DNA of 63,805 bases, the filler included, from Reticulomyxa filosa (Eukaryota > Protista > Foraminifera): assembly GCA_000512085.1 (NCBI GenBank). It is 10 parts of 10 records of this genome, joined end to end, with 100 filler letters (N's around TTAATTAATTAA, not from the genome) between each part and the next. Parts side by side here need not be neighbours in the genome. Positions count along the whole stretch, not along the records: positions 7,257 to 16,256 come from ASPP01011191.1; positions 16,357 to 18,127 come from ASPP01024188.1; positions 18,228 to 20,710 come from ASPP01022139.1; positions 20,811 to 23,788 come from ASPP01049904.1; 6 more parts are not named here. One strand, 5' to 3'. Of this stretch, positions 10,560 to 22,055 are shown piece after piece (the first letter of the stretch is position 1; each line of letters begins with the position of its first letter). The translations under genes and the position numbers were made by a program. The notes under the pieces are model-generated. The model saw nothing but the letters and a program-made list of their open reading frames with translations, ran no database searches and was not told the DNA's origin.

Positions 10560-12698
10560 TTATGAAGAAGCATTGCGAAGATCACGTAAGATGGAAGCAA
10601 CAGACGATTTATCTCGAGCCAACTGTTCGACATTAAAATAATCAGGAGCGACTTCCAAGAGCCACTTAGGTTGGATGGCACTGAGTATTCTCAAAAACAC
10701 AGTTTGTTGAACAACGACCTCATGGAAGAAGACCCACGGCCGTCGTTGCACTTTGTTCCCTCCGAAAACGGAGGACCGATGGGGTTTGGCTCGATCCAAA
10801 AACTCGACCACTTTGTGTTTGTCATTGAGTGACGCTAATCGAAACGTCCAATACTTGTCTGCATACCCATACGTAGCGACATTCAAAAAATAGCCACTTA
10901 ACAAAGCCTTTAAAATGTTGGGATAATAATGACGACTTTTGTAGTCGCATTGATCGGAAGTTTTGATTTCAGGAAGAATCCTGAGCAAAGCAAACTCCAA
11001 TCTTCCGCGAATCTTGTCGGCACGTTCCAAGTGTCCAACATTGGGATCACGATAATAGCCGCTTTCTTGGAAATGTTTATGTTTATAGGCATTGAAAATA
11101 TTCAGCAATGTCAAGTGATCTCCGTCGCAATGCTTATAAATTTTCATAGGATTTTTGGGTCGATTTTGGGAAGGGCCCTTTTTATAACGCCTGCCATAGC
11201 CATTGCCATCGTTGTCGTTATCGTCATCGCCATTGTTGTCATCGTCATCACTATTGTTGTCTTTTGAATCGGAGCGTCCGGACAGCTTTTCGTGGATTTC
11301 CAACATGGCCGCAATCGAAAGTACTTCGTTGACGACTCCATATTTGGACGCAGCGAGCAGTGCTTTGGACAGCCTCGGATCCAAAGGGAAATCGGTGAGA
11401 TGTTTGCCCTCCTTTGTTAGCTTCCCTTTGTCGTCGATAGCCTTCAAATGGAACAGCATGTTCACTGCTCTCGCCACTGTGGTCTCCGACGGGGGATCGA
11501 TGTAATCAAACTCCAACGGGTTTTCGATACCTAATGCCAACATGCACAGAGTCTCATAGATCATTGACACACGCAATATTTCTGGCTGATTTTCATTCTC
11601 TAACATCTCATAGTTTTTCAATGGATACAAATGAAATGACATTCCAGGCTTTGTTCTTCCTGCACGACCGACGCGCTGTTTCACTGATGCTTTCGAAATC
11701 GGACGTATCTCCAATGCATCCACATGCTTGGCTTCGTCATACAATTTCTGCTTGCTCATACCACAATCGATTACGTATACGATACCGTCGATCGTCAACG
11801 ACGTCTCGGCGATATTCGTAGCCACTACGCATTTCCTTTGGCTCGACAGTGCTTTGCGAAACACGTCTTGCTTTGCATTGGCTATGTGCGAGTGGAATTT
11901 TATCGCGAGCAATTCTCTTGGCGACTGGCTCCCTCTTTTCAAATCGTCGATGTGTCGTATGCAGTCGTCAATCTCTTGTGACCCCGTCAAAAATATTAAA
12001 ATGTCTCCACTCTCGTTACCTAAAGACGAGTGAATACCGTATGCTATCTCCGCCGCAGTTTTTACGTAGTCTTGCACTGGCTCCGACAAAAAGTTCCGAG
12101 CCACCGGATACACCCTTCCAGGAATGTCCACCACGTCTGGATTTCCTGGGAAATATGATTGAAATCGGTTCTTGTCCATGGTTGCACTCATTATTACCGC
12201 TCGAAAAAAGGGCATATCTTTGTTATTGCTGTCCTTGCTCATTTGTATACGTTTCTTCAAAAGTGCCATCAAAATATCAGTGTTCACTGTACGCTCGTGC
12301 GCTTCGTCCACTATTACAATGCTGAAACCCTTAAAGTTAGCATGCTCCGGAGATAAGATCCATCGCACGAGGATACCCTCCGTTACGTACATTAACTCCG
12401 TATTGTCACTGGCTTTTCTTTCAAATCGAATCTGATAACCCACTGTCGAACCCAGGCTGCAATTCATTTCTTTGGCTACACGCTCCGCTACACTCGTCGC
12501 TGCGACTTGTCGCGGCTGCGTACATATCACTTGTGTGCTCTTTCCTACTTGTTCTCGTTTTAACTCTAGCATGAACTGCGGCACTTGTGTCGTTTTCCCA
12601 CTTCCCGTTGCGCCCACTATCAACACCACTTGATTTTTTGCTACTGTCCTTATTATTTCCTTCTCATGTCTTGATACTGGTAGTAAATCTTGTGCCAT
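10560..12698 (-). CDS. DEAH-box RNA helicase (Prp43/DHX15-like), intronless
   Basis: Motifs GATGSGKTTQVPQ, TQPRQVAA, DEAH, SAT, ATNIAETSLTIDG and QRVGRAGR, plus HA2 and OB-like C-terminus. Confidence 0.95.
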   Translation of the reverse strand: MAQDLLPVSRHEKEIIRTVAKNQVVLIVGATGSGKTTQVPQFMLELKREQVGKSTQVICTQPRQVAATSVAERVAKEMNCSLGSTVGYQIRFERKASDNTELMYVTEGILVRWILSPEHANFKGFSIVIVDEAHERTVNTDILMALLKKRIQMSKDSNNKDMPFFRAVIMSATMDKNRFQSYFPGNPDVVDIPGRVYPVARNFLSEPVQDYVKTAAEIAYGIHSSLGNESGDILIFLTGSQEIDDCIRHIDDLKRGSQSPRELLAIKFHSHIANAKQDVFRKALSSQRKCVVATNIAETSLTIDGIVYVIDCGMSKQKLYDEAKHVDALEIRPISKASVKQRVGRAGRTKPGMSFHLYPLKNYEMLENENQPEILRVSMIYETLCMLALGIENPLEFDYIDPPSETTVARAVNMLFHLKAIDDKGKLTKEGKHLTDFPLDPRLSKALLAASKYGVVNEVLSIAAMLEIHEKLSGRSDSKDNNSDDDDNNGDDDNDNDGNGYGRRYKKGPSQNRPKNPMKIYKHCDGDHLTLLNIFNAYKHKHFQESGYYRDPNVGHLERADKIRGRLEFALLRILPEIKTSDQCDYKSRHYYPNILKALLSGYFLNVATYGYADKYWTFRLASLNDKHKVVEFLDRAKPHRSSVFGGNKVQRRPWVFFHEVVVQQTVFLRILSAIQPKWLLEVAPDYFNVEQLARDKSSVASILRDLRNASS

Positions 12699-13249
12699 TT
12701 TTTTAATGGTTTTATTTTTTATTCTTTGAATTAAACCCTTTTCTCTTCCTCTTTTTCAACAAAAAAAACATATCAAATTTCAAGTTAGAAAAAATTGATT
12801 GTGCTTTTTTTCTTTATTAGAATTCAGGGTCAATAAAAACGCCATTTTTATTTTTCCTTTTAAGTCAAACACAAAAAATACTTTCCAAAGCTGTTCTAGA
12901 TTCTCGAAAATGAAATCTGTTGCATTTTTAAAAATCTTAGAATCATTACACAGATATTAAAAGTGAGTTTGATAAAAACTCAAAATTTTCAAAGACTAAG
13001 AATAGTCACCATAAAAACGATTAAGCAAAAAATATGCTGAAATTCTTGAAATTGTATTGTTTTTGAAGACAAAAAATTCAGTGACAAAAAAAATAAACGA
13101 ATAGAAAATTAGAGTAATAGTAGTTGATTGACCCAAGATTCAAAAACTTAATGATTTTTTTTAAAAGCAAACCAAAATTACAAAGGATTGGAACAAATTT
13201 GATTTTAAATTGAAAAAAAAATTGGTCTTTTGTGTGTAAGAGCCATTGT

Positions 13250-13537
13250 TTATCCTAAAGTCATTGCAGGTTGACTATCAATACTTTTTGTTTGTTCAGG
13301 AGTGTCAGGTATTCCCAGTTGTTTTAGATCTTCTCTTTTCATCAAGGACCGGTCCATGCGACAATTTAAAAAATCTTTGATTAAAGAAGAGCAATGATAA
13401 GTTTCACCATTGTGCTTTTTAACGCAATGCAAATACGCAAATTCTGCTCTTTTACATTCTTTGAAATGATCCAATGGAAATACTCCTTTGATAGGAGGTA
13501 CCACTTGAACACGTCCAGGAAGCGCTGTATTGGCCAT
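13250..13537 (-). CDS. COX19: Cytochrome c oxidase assembly protein COX19 (twin CX9C)
   Basis: PPIKGVFPLDHFKEC-x9-C...C-x9-CRMDRSLM matches the COX19 signature. Confidence 0.9.
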   Translation of the reverse strand: MANTALPGRVQVVPPIKGVFPLDHFKECKRAEFAYLHCVKKHNGETYHCSSLIKDFLNCRMDRSLMKREDLKQLGIPDTPEQTKSIDSQPAMTLG

Positions 13538-14130
13538 ATTATGTTTTTCAAGTTATTCACTTGATCCAATTTACAAATTAATTTTGTTGAGCATTTTTTT
13601 TTTTAAGGGGGGGTGGGGCAAAAGGGTCCACTAATTTCCGGAAATTTTGACAAAGGGATTGCAGAAGGAAAAAGAGCATTGTTCGAAAACCACTTTTACA
13701 ACGCAAAATGTCTTTTATTATTTATTTTTGAAAAATATATTTTTTCAATTTTTTTAACTGCAACCCAAAAGAAATCAATTCAATGGTGGTGCATTAAAAA
13801 TATCGCCGTTATCAAGGGAGATAAGGGGGGAGGGGGAGGGAAGGGAGCGATAACAAACATTAGTATGTACCACTCCAACTTACATTGCAAAACATAAAAA
13901 GAAGCCCCTCTCACACAAACTTATTGAAACAAACAAAAAAAAAGGGGGTAAAGCTGTTATGTCTGTTCCAAAAAAAAAAAATATTCCTAACTACCTACTG
14001 TCCACTTTTGAAATAACAAAAAATTGAAACGAAAATAAATAAAATAAAAATAAAAAATAAAAAAAAGAAAAAACATCAAACCAAGAGTCGAATGCTTCTT
14101 GATTGAAAAGAAAGGCTCAAAGAACTGCAC

Positions 14131-15338
14131 TCATTTTTTCTGAGGACAGCTAGTTTGTGGTATGTGTGAAGTTTTGGAGTGGTAAGCGGAGTTGGCAGAA
14201 TATTTGGGTCGTAGTGTGGTCGGGAGGCACTCTGTTTTGCGGTTGGAGACAGAGGCTTTCGCCGACGGGAGTTCAGAGCGAGTGGTTTGTTTGAAACAAG
14301 CGTCACGATTCGTTTGTGTTTGGCCAACTGCTGTCGAACGCGAGGACGTTGAATTTGAGCCTTGCCGCACATCAATTGAATGTTTGGTCGCATTGCCGTC
14401 AGTTTCGGTTTGCGTCGCTTTTTCAATCTTTTTAATATTCAGTCCATAGTATTCTCCTTTTGCTTCGAACTTGCTTCCTTCAACAGTCTTACCATTCATT
14501 GATGGAGATAAGAAGTCGATTTTCTGTAAAGTGGTATTTGTTATGAATTATATATACATATATGTATATATGCATATATATATATATATATATATATTTA
14601 TAGAAACCTGTTTCAACGATTGATTTTGCAAGGTCAAGTTTTGATTTTTCCTTTTTTGAGTTGATCCAATTGCTGCTGGGCCCGATACAAATGGCGGTTC
14701 AATTGCGACTGCTGCGATTGGTAAAAGGTCTGGTTGTCGATAAGCATGGACTCCAAAGATTGGAAGTATGGAGTGTGTGGAGAGACGGTGGAATCGGACG
14801 TGGGGACAGTGGCGGAAGGGAATGGGTCGGCGCGCAAATAGAAAGGCCACAAAGACAATTGAATAGCTCTGTGATCGGGGAACAAGACGTCGAGACAGGG
14901 CTTGTATTGGTGGTTGACAAATTGCTCACTCAGATAACAGCAAGTGGATGATGATGACAAAGAGTGGCTCTGTTCTCTTTGCACACATTCGAAAATGTAA
15001 CTCCAAATGGACGGTGTCTTGCAATGCAATTTCATGGAAATGCGTTCGCGCTCGTTGTTGGCCAAAAAGGTGCCGAAGCGACACGAAGTCACGTGATAGC
15101 CTATGAAATTTAGCAAATTCACATTGTATTCGAATATCGTCGGAAACTGGCGCACGAGTTGGTACAAGCAGTCTAAGAATTGTAGGAACACAGGCGAGCG
15201 CTCGCCATCTTCATCAAAGTGTCCAAAGCGTTCTCGAAATTTGTGTCCTTTTAATATTTAGCAAACACAATACAAAATTAACAATAAACAAATAAATAAA
15301 TAAATAAATAAATAAGTAAATAAGTAAATAAATAGTAT

Positions 15339-15388
<50 letters not shown>

Positions 15389-16256
15389 ATATATAAATAA
15401 CCAAAAGAAATCCAATCTTTTTCAATTAAGACACAAAGTCCTTTGATAGTGCGAAAGTAGGGGTCCAACAGGATTTGTGCGATGGAACAGAGCTGCGATG
15501 TCCGATCCCATCCGTCGCTGCAATGAACCAACACCGACTTTTGCTCCAAATGGATCATGCTGACGATTGCAATGGATGTGGCCAAAATGGACCGCACGTA
15601 ATTGAGCCACGAACAGCCCGCCATTTCGCTTATCCAGTGGTCTTCTCCGCCAATGATACGATCGTAAAAGTCTTTGCTGCTGGTGCCCATGGCCATCCCT
15701 GCGCAAGAGCCAGCAGGTTCTGTGCCCGACGCCATTGAAGATGAAGAGGCAGAAACATGATGTGGCAAAACAGAGGCACTGGCGCAGTGAGGATTGTCGT
15801 GAAGATTGGAGCCACCATGATCTCGAGCGTTGGTAGAGTTGAAGGATTGGATGGGCTTGTGACCATGTGTATGTTGCGAATAAGAATGAGAATGACAATG
15901 AGATGGCGAAGAAGATGAAGAAGATGAAGAAGATGATGAGGATGATGAAGATGGCTTGACTTCATTTCCCAATGTCCATTGTTTGGCTTTGACAATTGTG
16001 TCTTTGAGAGTGGAGCTCAACGAAACCGACGATGCGGAAAACTTGGGACGCGCGTTGGAATGTCGGAGATTCGACGAGGATGACAAAGACGATATTTGTT
16101 TGTGTGTCCCATCCTGTTCCATGGGAGTCGGATTGAAACTCAAAGGGTTTGAATTCGAAGTGGGATAAGGATGCATATGTGACAAAGGTAATGCAGCTGC
16201 ATAGCCATCAGGATTTGCATTTGCATTTGTATTTGTATTTGCATTTGCATTTGCAT
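14131..16256 (-). CDS. Myotubularin-related phosphoinositide phosphatase (5' partial, multi-exon)
   Basis: Catalytic VHCSDGWDRT, LLDPYFRTIKG..LIEKDWISFG|HKF across an intron, FLQFLDC..Q..RQFP..FEYN, C-terminal coiled coil. Confidence 0.93.
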
Positions 16257-16356
16257 NNNNNNNNNNNNNNNNNNNNNNNNNNNNNNNNNNNNNNNNNNNN
16301 TTAATTAATTAANNNNNNNNNNNNNNNNNNNNNNNNNNNNNNNNNNNNNNNNNNNN
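16257..16356. other. Artificial contig linker
   Basis: Same 100-bp linker. Confidence 0.99.
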
Positions 16357-16480
16357 CCCACTTTTTTTTTTTTGAAAAAAAAAAGTTCATATTTGTCTGT
16401 TTTCTCATCACTTCTCAAAAAAAAAAAAAAAAAAAGGGGTGATAACAATTGCGTAGAATAAAAATAAAAATAAAAAATAG

Positions 16481-17149
16481 CAAATGTGACGCAGACGGGC
16501 CTGACGGCAGGCATTTATGCATTAATACTACTTGCCGCGGGATATGTGACAATGTATTGGATCCAATTCAACACGAGTTTGTTCTATCGCTATGAACGAA
16601 AAGTTCGAGATTGGAAGAGATCGATGACCCCTGAATACGCTTCGCAAAGGGCGTGGACACTTCGTCAGCAAATCTCTCATTACATTTGTGTCCCAGACAA
16701 TCCAAGCACTGGTACTGTCTTTAATACCCAAACAAACATTTCATTTCATTTGTATAATTTATATATTTACATACATGTATACGCATATATATACATATAT
16801 ATATGTATATATTTATATGTTTAATGTGTATAACTATACAAATCATAATGAAATTTTTTTTTTTTTTAAAAAAGGCACAAAAATTCCGGAAGACGTGAAA
16901 AAGGAAATATTTGACGCACCTACACGTAGACAGTGGCGTAAGAAAATGACATTACATAACATTAATGAGAAACTGAAAGCTTTCAATATACAAGATGTCA
17001 ATGTCTATCCTCTCACCATGAGCCCTTCTGAGTTTTGCTTCACGTATGATGCAAGCAATCCCACTAAAAACGGCTATCTTGACAAAGGCTTTTCTTCAAG
17101 CGCCGCTTCCAAACATGCCTCTCAATTCAAACCAGAAAAAAACCCCTAA
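16481..17149 (+). CDS. Hypothetical single-pass membrane protein (5' partial; intron ~16712-16874)
   Basis: TM-like GIYALILLAAGYVTMYWI. Exons join in frame as ...NPSTG|TKIPEDV... Confidence 0.6.
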
Positions 17150-17650
17150 ACTTTCTTGTTTATTTTGTTGTTGCATTCGATCTTGTACGTACGCCTCGAA
17201 AGATTTGATTTTTTTTTTGGGGTTGTTTTTTTTCGGTGGCAAACCAACTACACCATATTTCACAACAAAATTGGGCATTTACATAACATAATTTTCTTCA
17301 AACCTCGCTGGGTTAATTAAATGCTTTGTACCAATCAATATACAACAAAATTAACTTTTTTGTCTTTTTTTTTGATTGATGTAATTGCAAAGAGATGTTC
17401 TTACAACTACTTGTCAGACCCACCCTTTTCCAATTTTTTAAAATTGTTACGAAAATTATTTGAAAAAATTGAATTTTGTAGTTAGGCATAATCGTGCAAA
17501 AAAAAAGGATATAAAAGGCCAACTGGCATTTTAAACGTTTTTTTTGGAGCAATAATGCAGTTTTTCAAATGCTTGCACTTTGTTGTAGGTAAGTAAAGTG
17601 TTTTTTCTTAGTGCAATATTTTTTATTTTCATCCCCTTCCATAAACTACA

Positions 17651-17990
17651 ATGACAGACGAAACGCAACTGAATTTTTCTCAAGAAACTGGTGACACTGA
17701 TTCAAATGTCAATTCTGATTTTGCGCGTGTTTCCTTACAACCTCTGGACGCCCAGAAGAAAGAAGACACGGACGTTGCGAGAACGTCTCCGCCCTCCACT
17801 CCCAAAGAGATCACCAAAGACTTGAATTACTACTTGATTTGGTGGACAGTGTTTGTGTTGGGGACATTTAACAACTTCTCATACGTTGTTATTTTAGCAG
17901 CAGCCAAATCTTTGGCAGACTCATTCGACCAAAGCAACTTGATTGGGGTCGAAGCGTGGGCATTGATCGGGGCTGGGCTGCTGTTTAAAT
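17651..17990 (+). CDS. CLN3: Battenin/CLN3 (BTN1) family protein, first exon
   Basis: FVLGTFNNFSYVVILAAAKSL matches the CLN3 N-terminal GLxNNxxYVxxLxAA motif. Confidence 0.85.
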
Positions 17991-18127
17991 GTTCGCACAT
18001 TTAAAATAAATATTGTGCGCTTTTGTTTGTTTGTTTGTTTTTTTTTCACGAAAAGGAGGAGAATAAAGCCAAAGGTGAGGAAGAAGTAAAGAGAGAAAAT
18101 TGAAACATTTTTTTTTTTGGGGGGGGG

Positions 18128-18227
18128 NNNNNNNNNNNNNNNNNNNNNNNNNNNNNNNNNNNNNNNNNNNNTTAATTAATTAANNNNNNNNNNNNNNNNN
18201 NNNNNNNNNNNNNNNNNNNNNNNNNNN
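18128..18227. other. Artificial contig linker
   Basis: Same 100-bp linker. Confidence 0.99.
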
Positions 18228-19282
18228 CAGATCGAATATCCCACAAACGAACACTTTTATCATCTGATCCAGATAATATTGTATTCAATAATTCATTTGA
18301 TCCATATTTTACATTTTTCACAATATTTTTATGTCCTTTGAATACATTGAATTGTTTTGTTGTTTCAATATCCCATATTCGAATGGTTTTATCAAGTGAT
18401 CCAGAACAAATTGTATATCCATTTCCACCAATCACACCAATATTATTCATTTCATTATTATTATTGTATTGTAATGGTGAAATACCAACACACCAAACAT
18501 AAGATGTATGTCCATTGAAAACATGTAATGATTTTGATGTTTCGACATCCCATAAGCGAATTGTTTTGTCATTAGATCCAGAACACAAATATTTACCACC
18601 ATTAAATTGTGAAAATTCAATTCCATTAACACATTCAGTGTGTCTATTGAATATTTGTAATTGCTTATTATCTTTGAAATCCCAAAAACGAATGGTTTCA
18701 TCATATGATGAAGAACAAATGACATTTTGATGATGATTATGATAATGATATAATGAAAATTTCACATATCTCACATAACTTGAATGTCCATTGAATGATC
18801 GAATTTGTTCGTTGTTATCAACATCCCATACACGAACTGTTTTATCATTTGATCCAGAACAAATGAATTGACTATCACCAAATGCTGAATAATCAATACT
18901 CAACACAATGTCCATATGTCCATTGAATGTATTGATTAATTTGGATGATGAGCAAAATGTCTCAAACATGAAGACAGTAGATGCCTATGTTAAATCAACA
19001 TTTGAATATTTTGATTGATATTTTAAAAAAAAGAAAGGATAAATGAACTAACATAATTGACAACGAGTTTGTCAAACTCATGAATCCATCCTAATTTGAC
19101 TTTCAATATTCGAATCCAATGTTGTATGATTACTTGAATTTTTTCTTCTTCAGACTGTTTGGATCACAATTTACAACAATAAACAAAACATTAAAAAAGC
19201 AATAAATTTTCTGAAAGCTTGTAATAAAGTTTACCAACGCCAGTTGTGTTGAAATTCGCTTCTTATTGCTAAGAGTTGTCAT
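18228..19282 (-). CDS. WD40-repeat protein (3' partial; exons 19282-19235, 19154-19053, ~18984-18228)
   Basis: WD40 repeats with ICSGSxDKTIRxWD. Module exon reads SEEEKIQVIIQHWIRILKVKLGWIHEFDKLVVNY. Confidence 0.9.
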
Positions 19283-20419
19283 TTGCTTTTTTTCTTAAGA
19301 TCGTTTTTGATAATGTAAAATGGAAGATATTGAACTTTTTGCCTTTCAAGTGCAATGAAAGGGGTTTTCAAAAATATTTTTGTCAACGTGAAAAACGAAT
19401 TTTAACAATACATATGATTTCTTTTTCAGTGAAGATAGAATTTTTTAAAAAGAACTTGTCCAAAACTAGGCATACACATATATTACAAATTTTTTTTCCA
19501 AAGGGTTTCAACATCTTTGAAAACAGTTGCTCAACTTTTTTTGTAGTTGTAAAGAATGTTTGAAAACAAAAAAGGAACTTCGATGTCAAATAAAAGGTTT
19601 AATTTAACACAACTTTTATTTATTTTGAATGCGTTGTTTCTTATTTTCAAATTGACTATTGCTTTGCTAAGCTCGAAGAGTAAAAATTTGAATATTCGAC
19701 TTTGAAACATTAAAACTGCGTAAACATAAATTCCATAAATTACACAATTATATGTTTTCATGAATTACTTTGGAATAATTGAACAAATTTGTAGTCTGCC
19801 TTTCAAATTTAAGACACCTTTTCCCATTCTTAAATTTCAATGGCAATAACAATGTTTCAAATTTTTTAATAATATTCTGCGTTCTTCAAAGCAGAAAAGA
19901 TTTATATCATGAATTACTACAAGATAACCGTGATCGATTCTATACAAAAAAATTTAATACTTGAAATATCTTGTAACTTATTTTGATATTTGAATACAAG
20001 TCTTATTTGAATTATTTTCCTTTTTCCCAATTGTTTTTTACTGTATTTTCTTGAAAGGAGTCTTGCCAAAACAGTAAATTAAAAAAGATATTAATTGATT
20101 AACATATTTGACTCATTTGTAAATAATAATAACACATTCCATTCATATCTCTTCTCACGCCAAGCTTTAAAAGCTAGTTGCTTAAGAAATGCGACAGAAT
20201 ATTGAATAGTAATGCATATCATTCGTCTTTAAAAAATAATTATTCAAGCAAAAATGATAGAAAAAAAAAAGTGTCTTCTTTTTTTTGACTCAAAATTTTG
20301 TTTTTTTATAAGCAAACTATTACTCGACCACAAGGTAACAGTTTTGTAAAGAGTTTTTTCTTTAAAAAGACCAAATTTTTTGTGTTTTTTTTGTATATTT
20401 CAAAGTGGGAAAAAATAAA

Positions 20420-20674
20420 ATGTTATTGAGCGTAGTTTCATTAACTTTTGTGTTGATGACACAATTTGTAAAGGGTCAATATTTATGCCCACTTGCTGGA
20501 ATTACTCCACCGTCTGTAGACGGCGTCAACAATTACGTTATTGATTACTTTAATAGCCTCCTGCTTTTCACATACGCGATAGACAAATGCACGGCAACGA
20601 CTTTGGTTTCCACTAACATCTGGTACAAGTATACATGTACAAAGAATGGAAACGATTGGAGAGTCACTAAGACT
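20420..20674 (+). CDS. Putative secreted Cys-containing protein, first exon
   Basis: Signal peptide MLLSVVSLTFVLMTQFVKG. Ends at a GT donor shortly before the contig end. Confidence 0.55.
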
Positions 20675-20710
20675 GTTAAGATACTTTCTTTTTCTTTTTT
20701 TTTTTTTTTT

Positions 20711-20810
20711 NNNNNNNNNNNNNNNNNNNNNNNNNNNNNNNNNNNNNNNNNNNNTTAATTAATTAANNNNNNNNNNNNNNNNNNNNNNNNNNNNNNNNNN
20801 NNNNNNNNNN
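20711..20810. other. Artificial contig linker
   Basis: Same 100-bp linker. Confidence 0.99.
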
Positions 20811-20984
20811 TGTTATCTGCTTCCTTCAATATATTAATAATCTTCTCGAATGTTGCTTTCTTTACACCGGTTAAACGGCGAAATTGGTCTGAATTTAACC
20901 CTTTGATAGCTTCGTATTTCATAACTTCCTATATTAGTTACTAAATACTTTTTAATCTATTTCTTTTAGTTTCGAAAGAAGTCT
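20811..20984 (-). mobile_element. Left end of an IS5-family (ISL2-like) insertion sequence with transposase N-terminus
   Basis: ATG at 20922 after AGGAAG reads MKYEAIKGLNSDQFRRLTGVKKATFEKIINILKEADN, with the FRRLTGV HTH motif. Putative IR AGACTTCTTTCGAAAC at 20984-20969. Confidence 0.75.
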
Positions 20985-21314
20985 ATTATCACTATTGTAA
21001 GCCAATTCCTTAGCAATAGCTGATGACAGGTATATAGAATCTTGTAATAATGTTACTATTAAATTGTAAAATAATTTATTTTGTTCATTGATAAGGTAGC
21101 TTAGGATGATCTCAAAATTTTTTTCTTCATGTTCTAAAATTCCATTTTTCATTAAAAAGCAAATTTCATTGGTTAAGCTGAGTTTTTCTGCTATTGAAAG
21201 TCGGAAATATTCTCGATGGTTATCGTTTAAGATAAGCTTGATATATAATAGAGAGTTCATAACTATATTTTCCATAAAAGAAAAATAAGGATCTTTGTTT
21301 AAGAATAGCACCAT
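20952..21314 (-). CDS. Bacterial hypothetical protein, probably truncated by the IS
   Basis: 120-aa ORF whose last residues (RLLSKLKEID*) are read from the IS end. Confidence 0.5.
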   Translation of the reverse strand: MVLFLNKDPYFSFMENIVMNSLLYIKLILNDNHREYFRLSIAEKLSLTNEICFLMKNGILEHEEKNFEIILSYLINEQNKLFYNLIVTLLQDSIYLSSAIAKELAYNSDNRLLSKLKEID

Positions 21315-21442
21315 TGAGTATTAAAGTGCAAAATAATTATAGCAAATGACGATTGACTATGTTAGCATCTCCACTTGCAAATTAGCTATAACAATAGCAT
21401 TTTAAAAATATTAGGGTAAAATTATTCTAATATTTGAGTTCT

Positions 21443-21517
21443 GCCGGTTTAGCTCAGGGGTAGAGCAACCGCCTTGTAAGCGGTAGGTCGTCTGTTCAAA
21501 TCAGACATCCGGCACCA
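21443..21517 (+). tRNA. tRNA-Thr (anticodon TGT), bacterial type with encoded CCA
   Basis: Acceptor GCCGGTT/ATCCGGC, D arm GCTC/GAGC, anticodon arm ACCGC-CTTGTAA-GCGGT, T arm GTCTG-TTCAAAT-CAGAC, 3' ACCA. Confidence 0.95.
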
Positions 21518-21618
21518 CTAGATTCGAAATAGTCCTTTTTATTGCATAATGTATCAATTATTATTAATATTTTATTATTCATAAGTGAGTTAATTGTAAT
21601 GAAGGTATATGCAAAATT

Positions 21619-22038
21619 ATGAGAGTTAATTGTAAGGCGAGAGTTTTATTGATTTTTTACCTTATAATTCTGCTAATTATGGGTTATACTATATTTATAT
21701 ATAATGACTTAGCTAAAAATCGCATAGATAAGTTATTAAATAGTAAAAAGGTAGCTATTTTAGAAATCAAAGATGTTGATTTAAATATCCTAAGTCAATC
21801 AAGCGATATTAGCGAAGGATTAAGCCCACTTAACAGTTTGAATTATAAAGAAATTTATGGTCCACAGCCATTTATTGAACAGCAGGCTGCTATAGGTTCT
21901 AGTAAAGCTTTTTATATTAATAGCCATGATTCAATCATGATTATTCCTGAGAAACAATATGAGAGAATGGGCTCAAAAACTGATTCAGATGATAGTTTAT
22001 CATCTGAACTCGATAATAATACTAATTTAGATCATTAA
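21619..22038 (+). CDS. Bacterial hypothetical protein with N-terminal membrane anchor
   Basis: Intronless 139-aa ORF with one TM helix, 17 bp upstream of lnt. Confidence 0.65.
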   Translation: MRVNCKARVLLIFYLIILLIMGYTIFIYNDLAKNRIDKLLNSKKVAILEIKDVDLNILSQSSDISEGLSPLNSLNYKEIYGPQPFIEQQAAIGSSKAFYINSHDSIMIIPEKQYERMGSKTDSDDSLSSELDNNTNLDH

Positions 22039-22055
22039 AGGGTTGGGTTTTATTA

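Noticed and set aside
10910-12435. Several plus-strand ORFs overlapping the helicase
   Set aside because: Antisense shadows of a GC-richer coding region, with no recognisable motifs.
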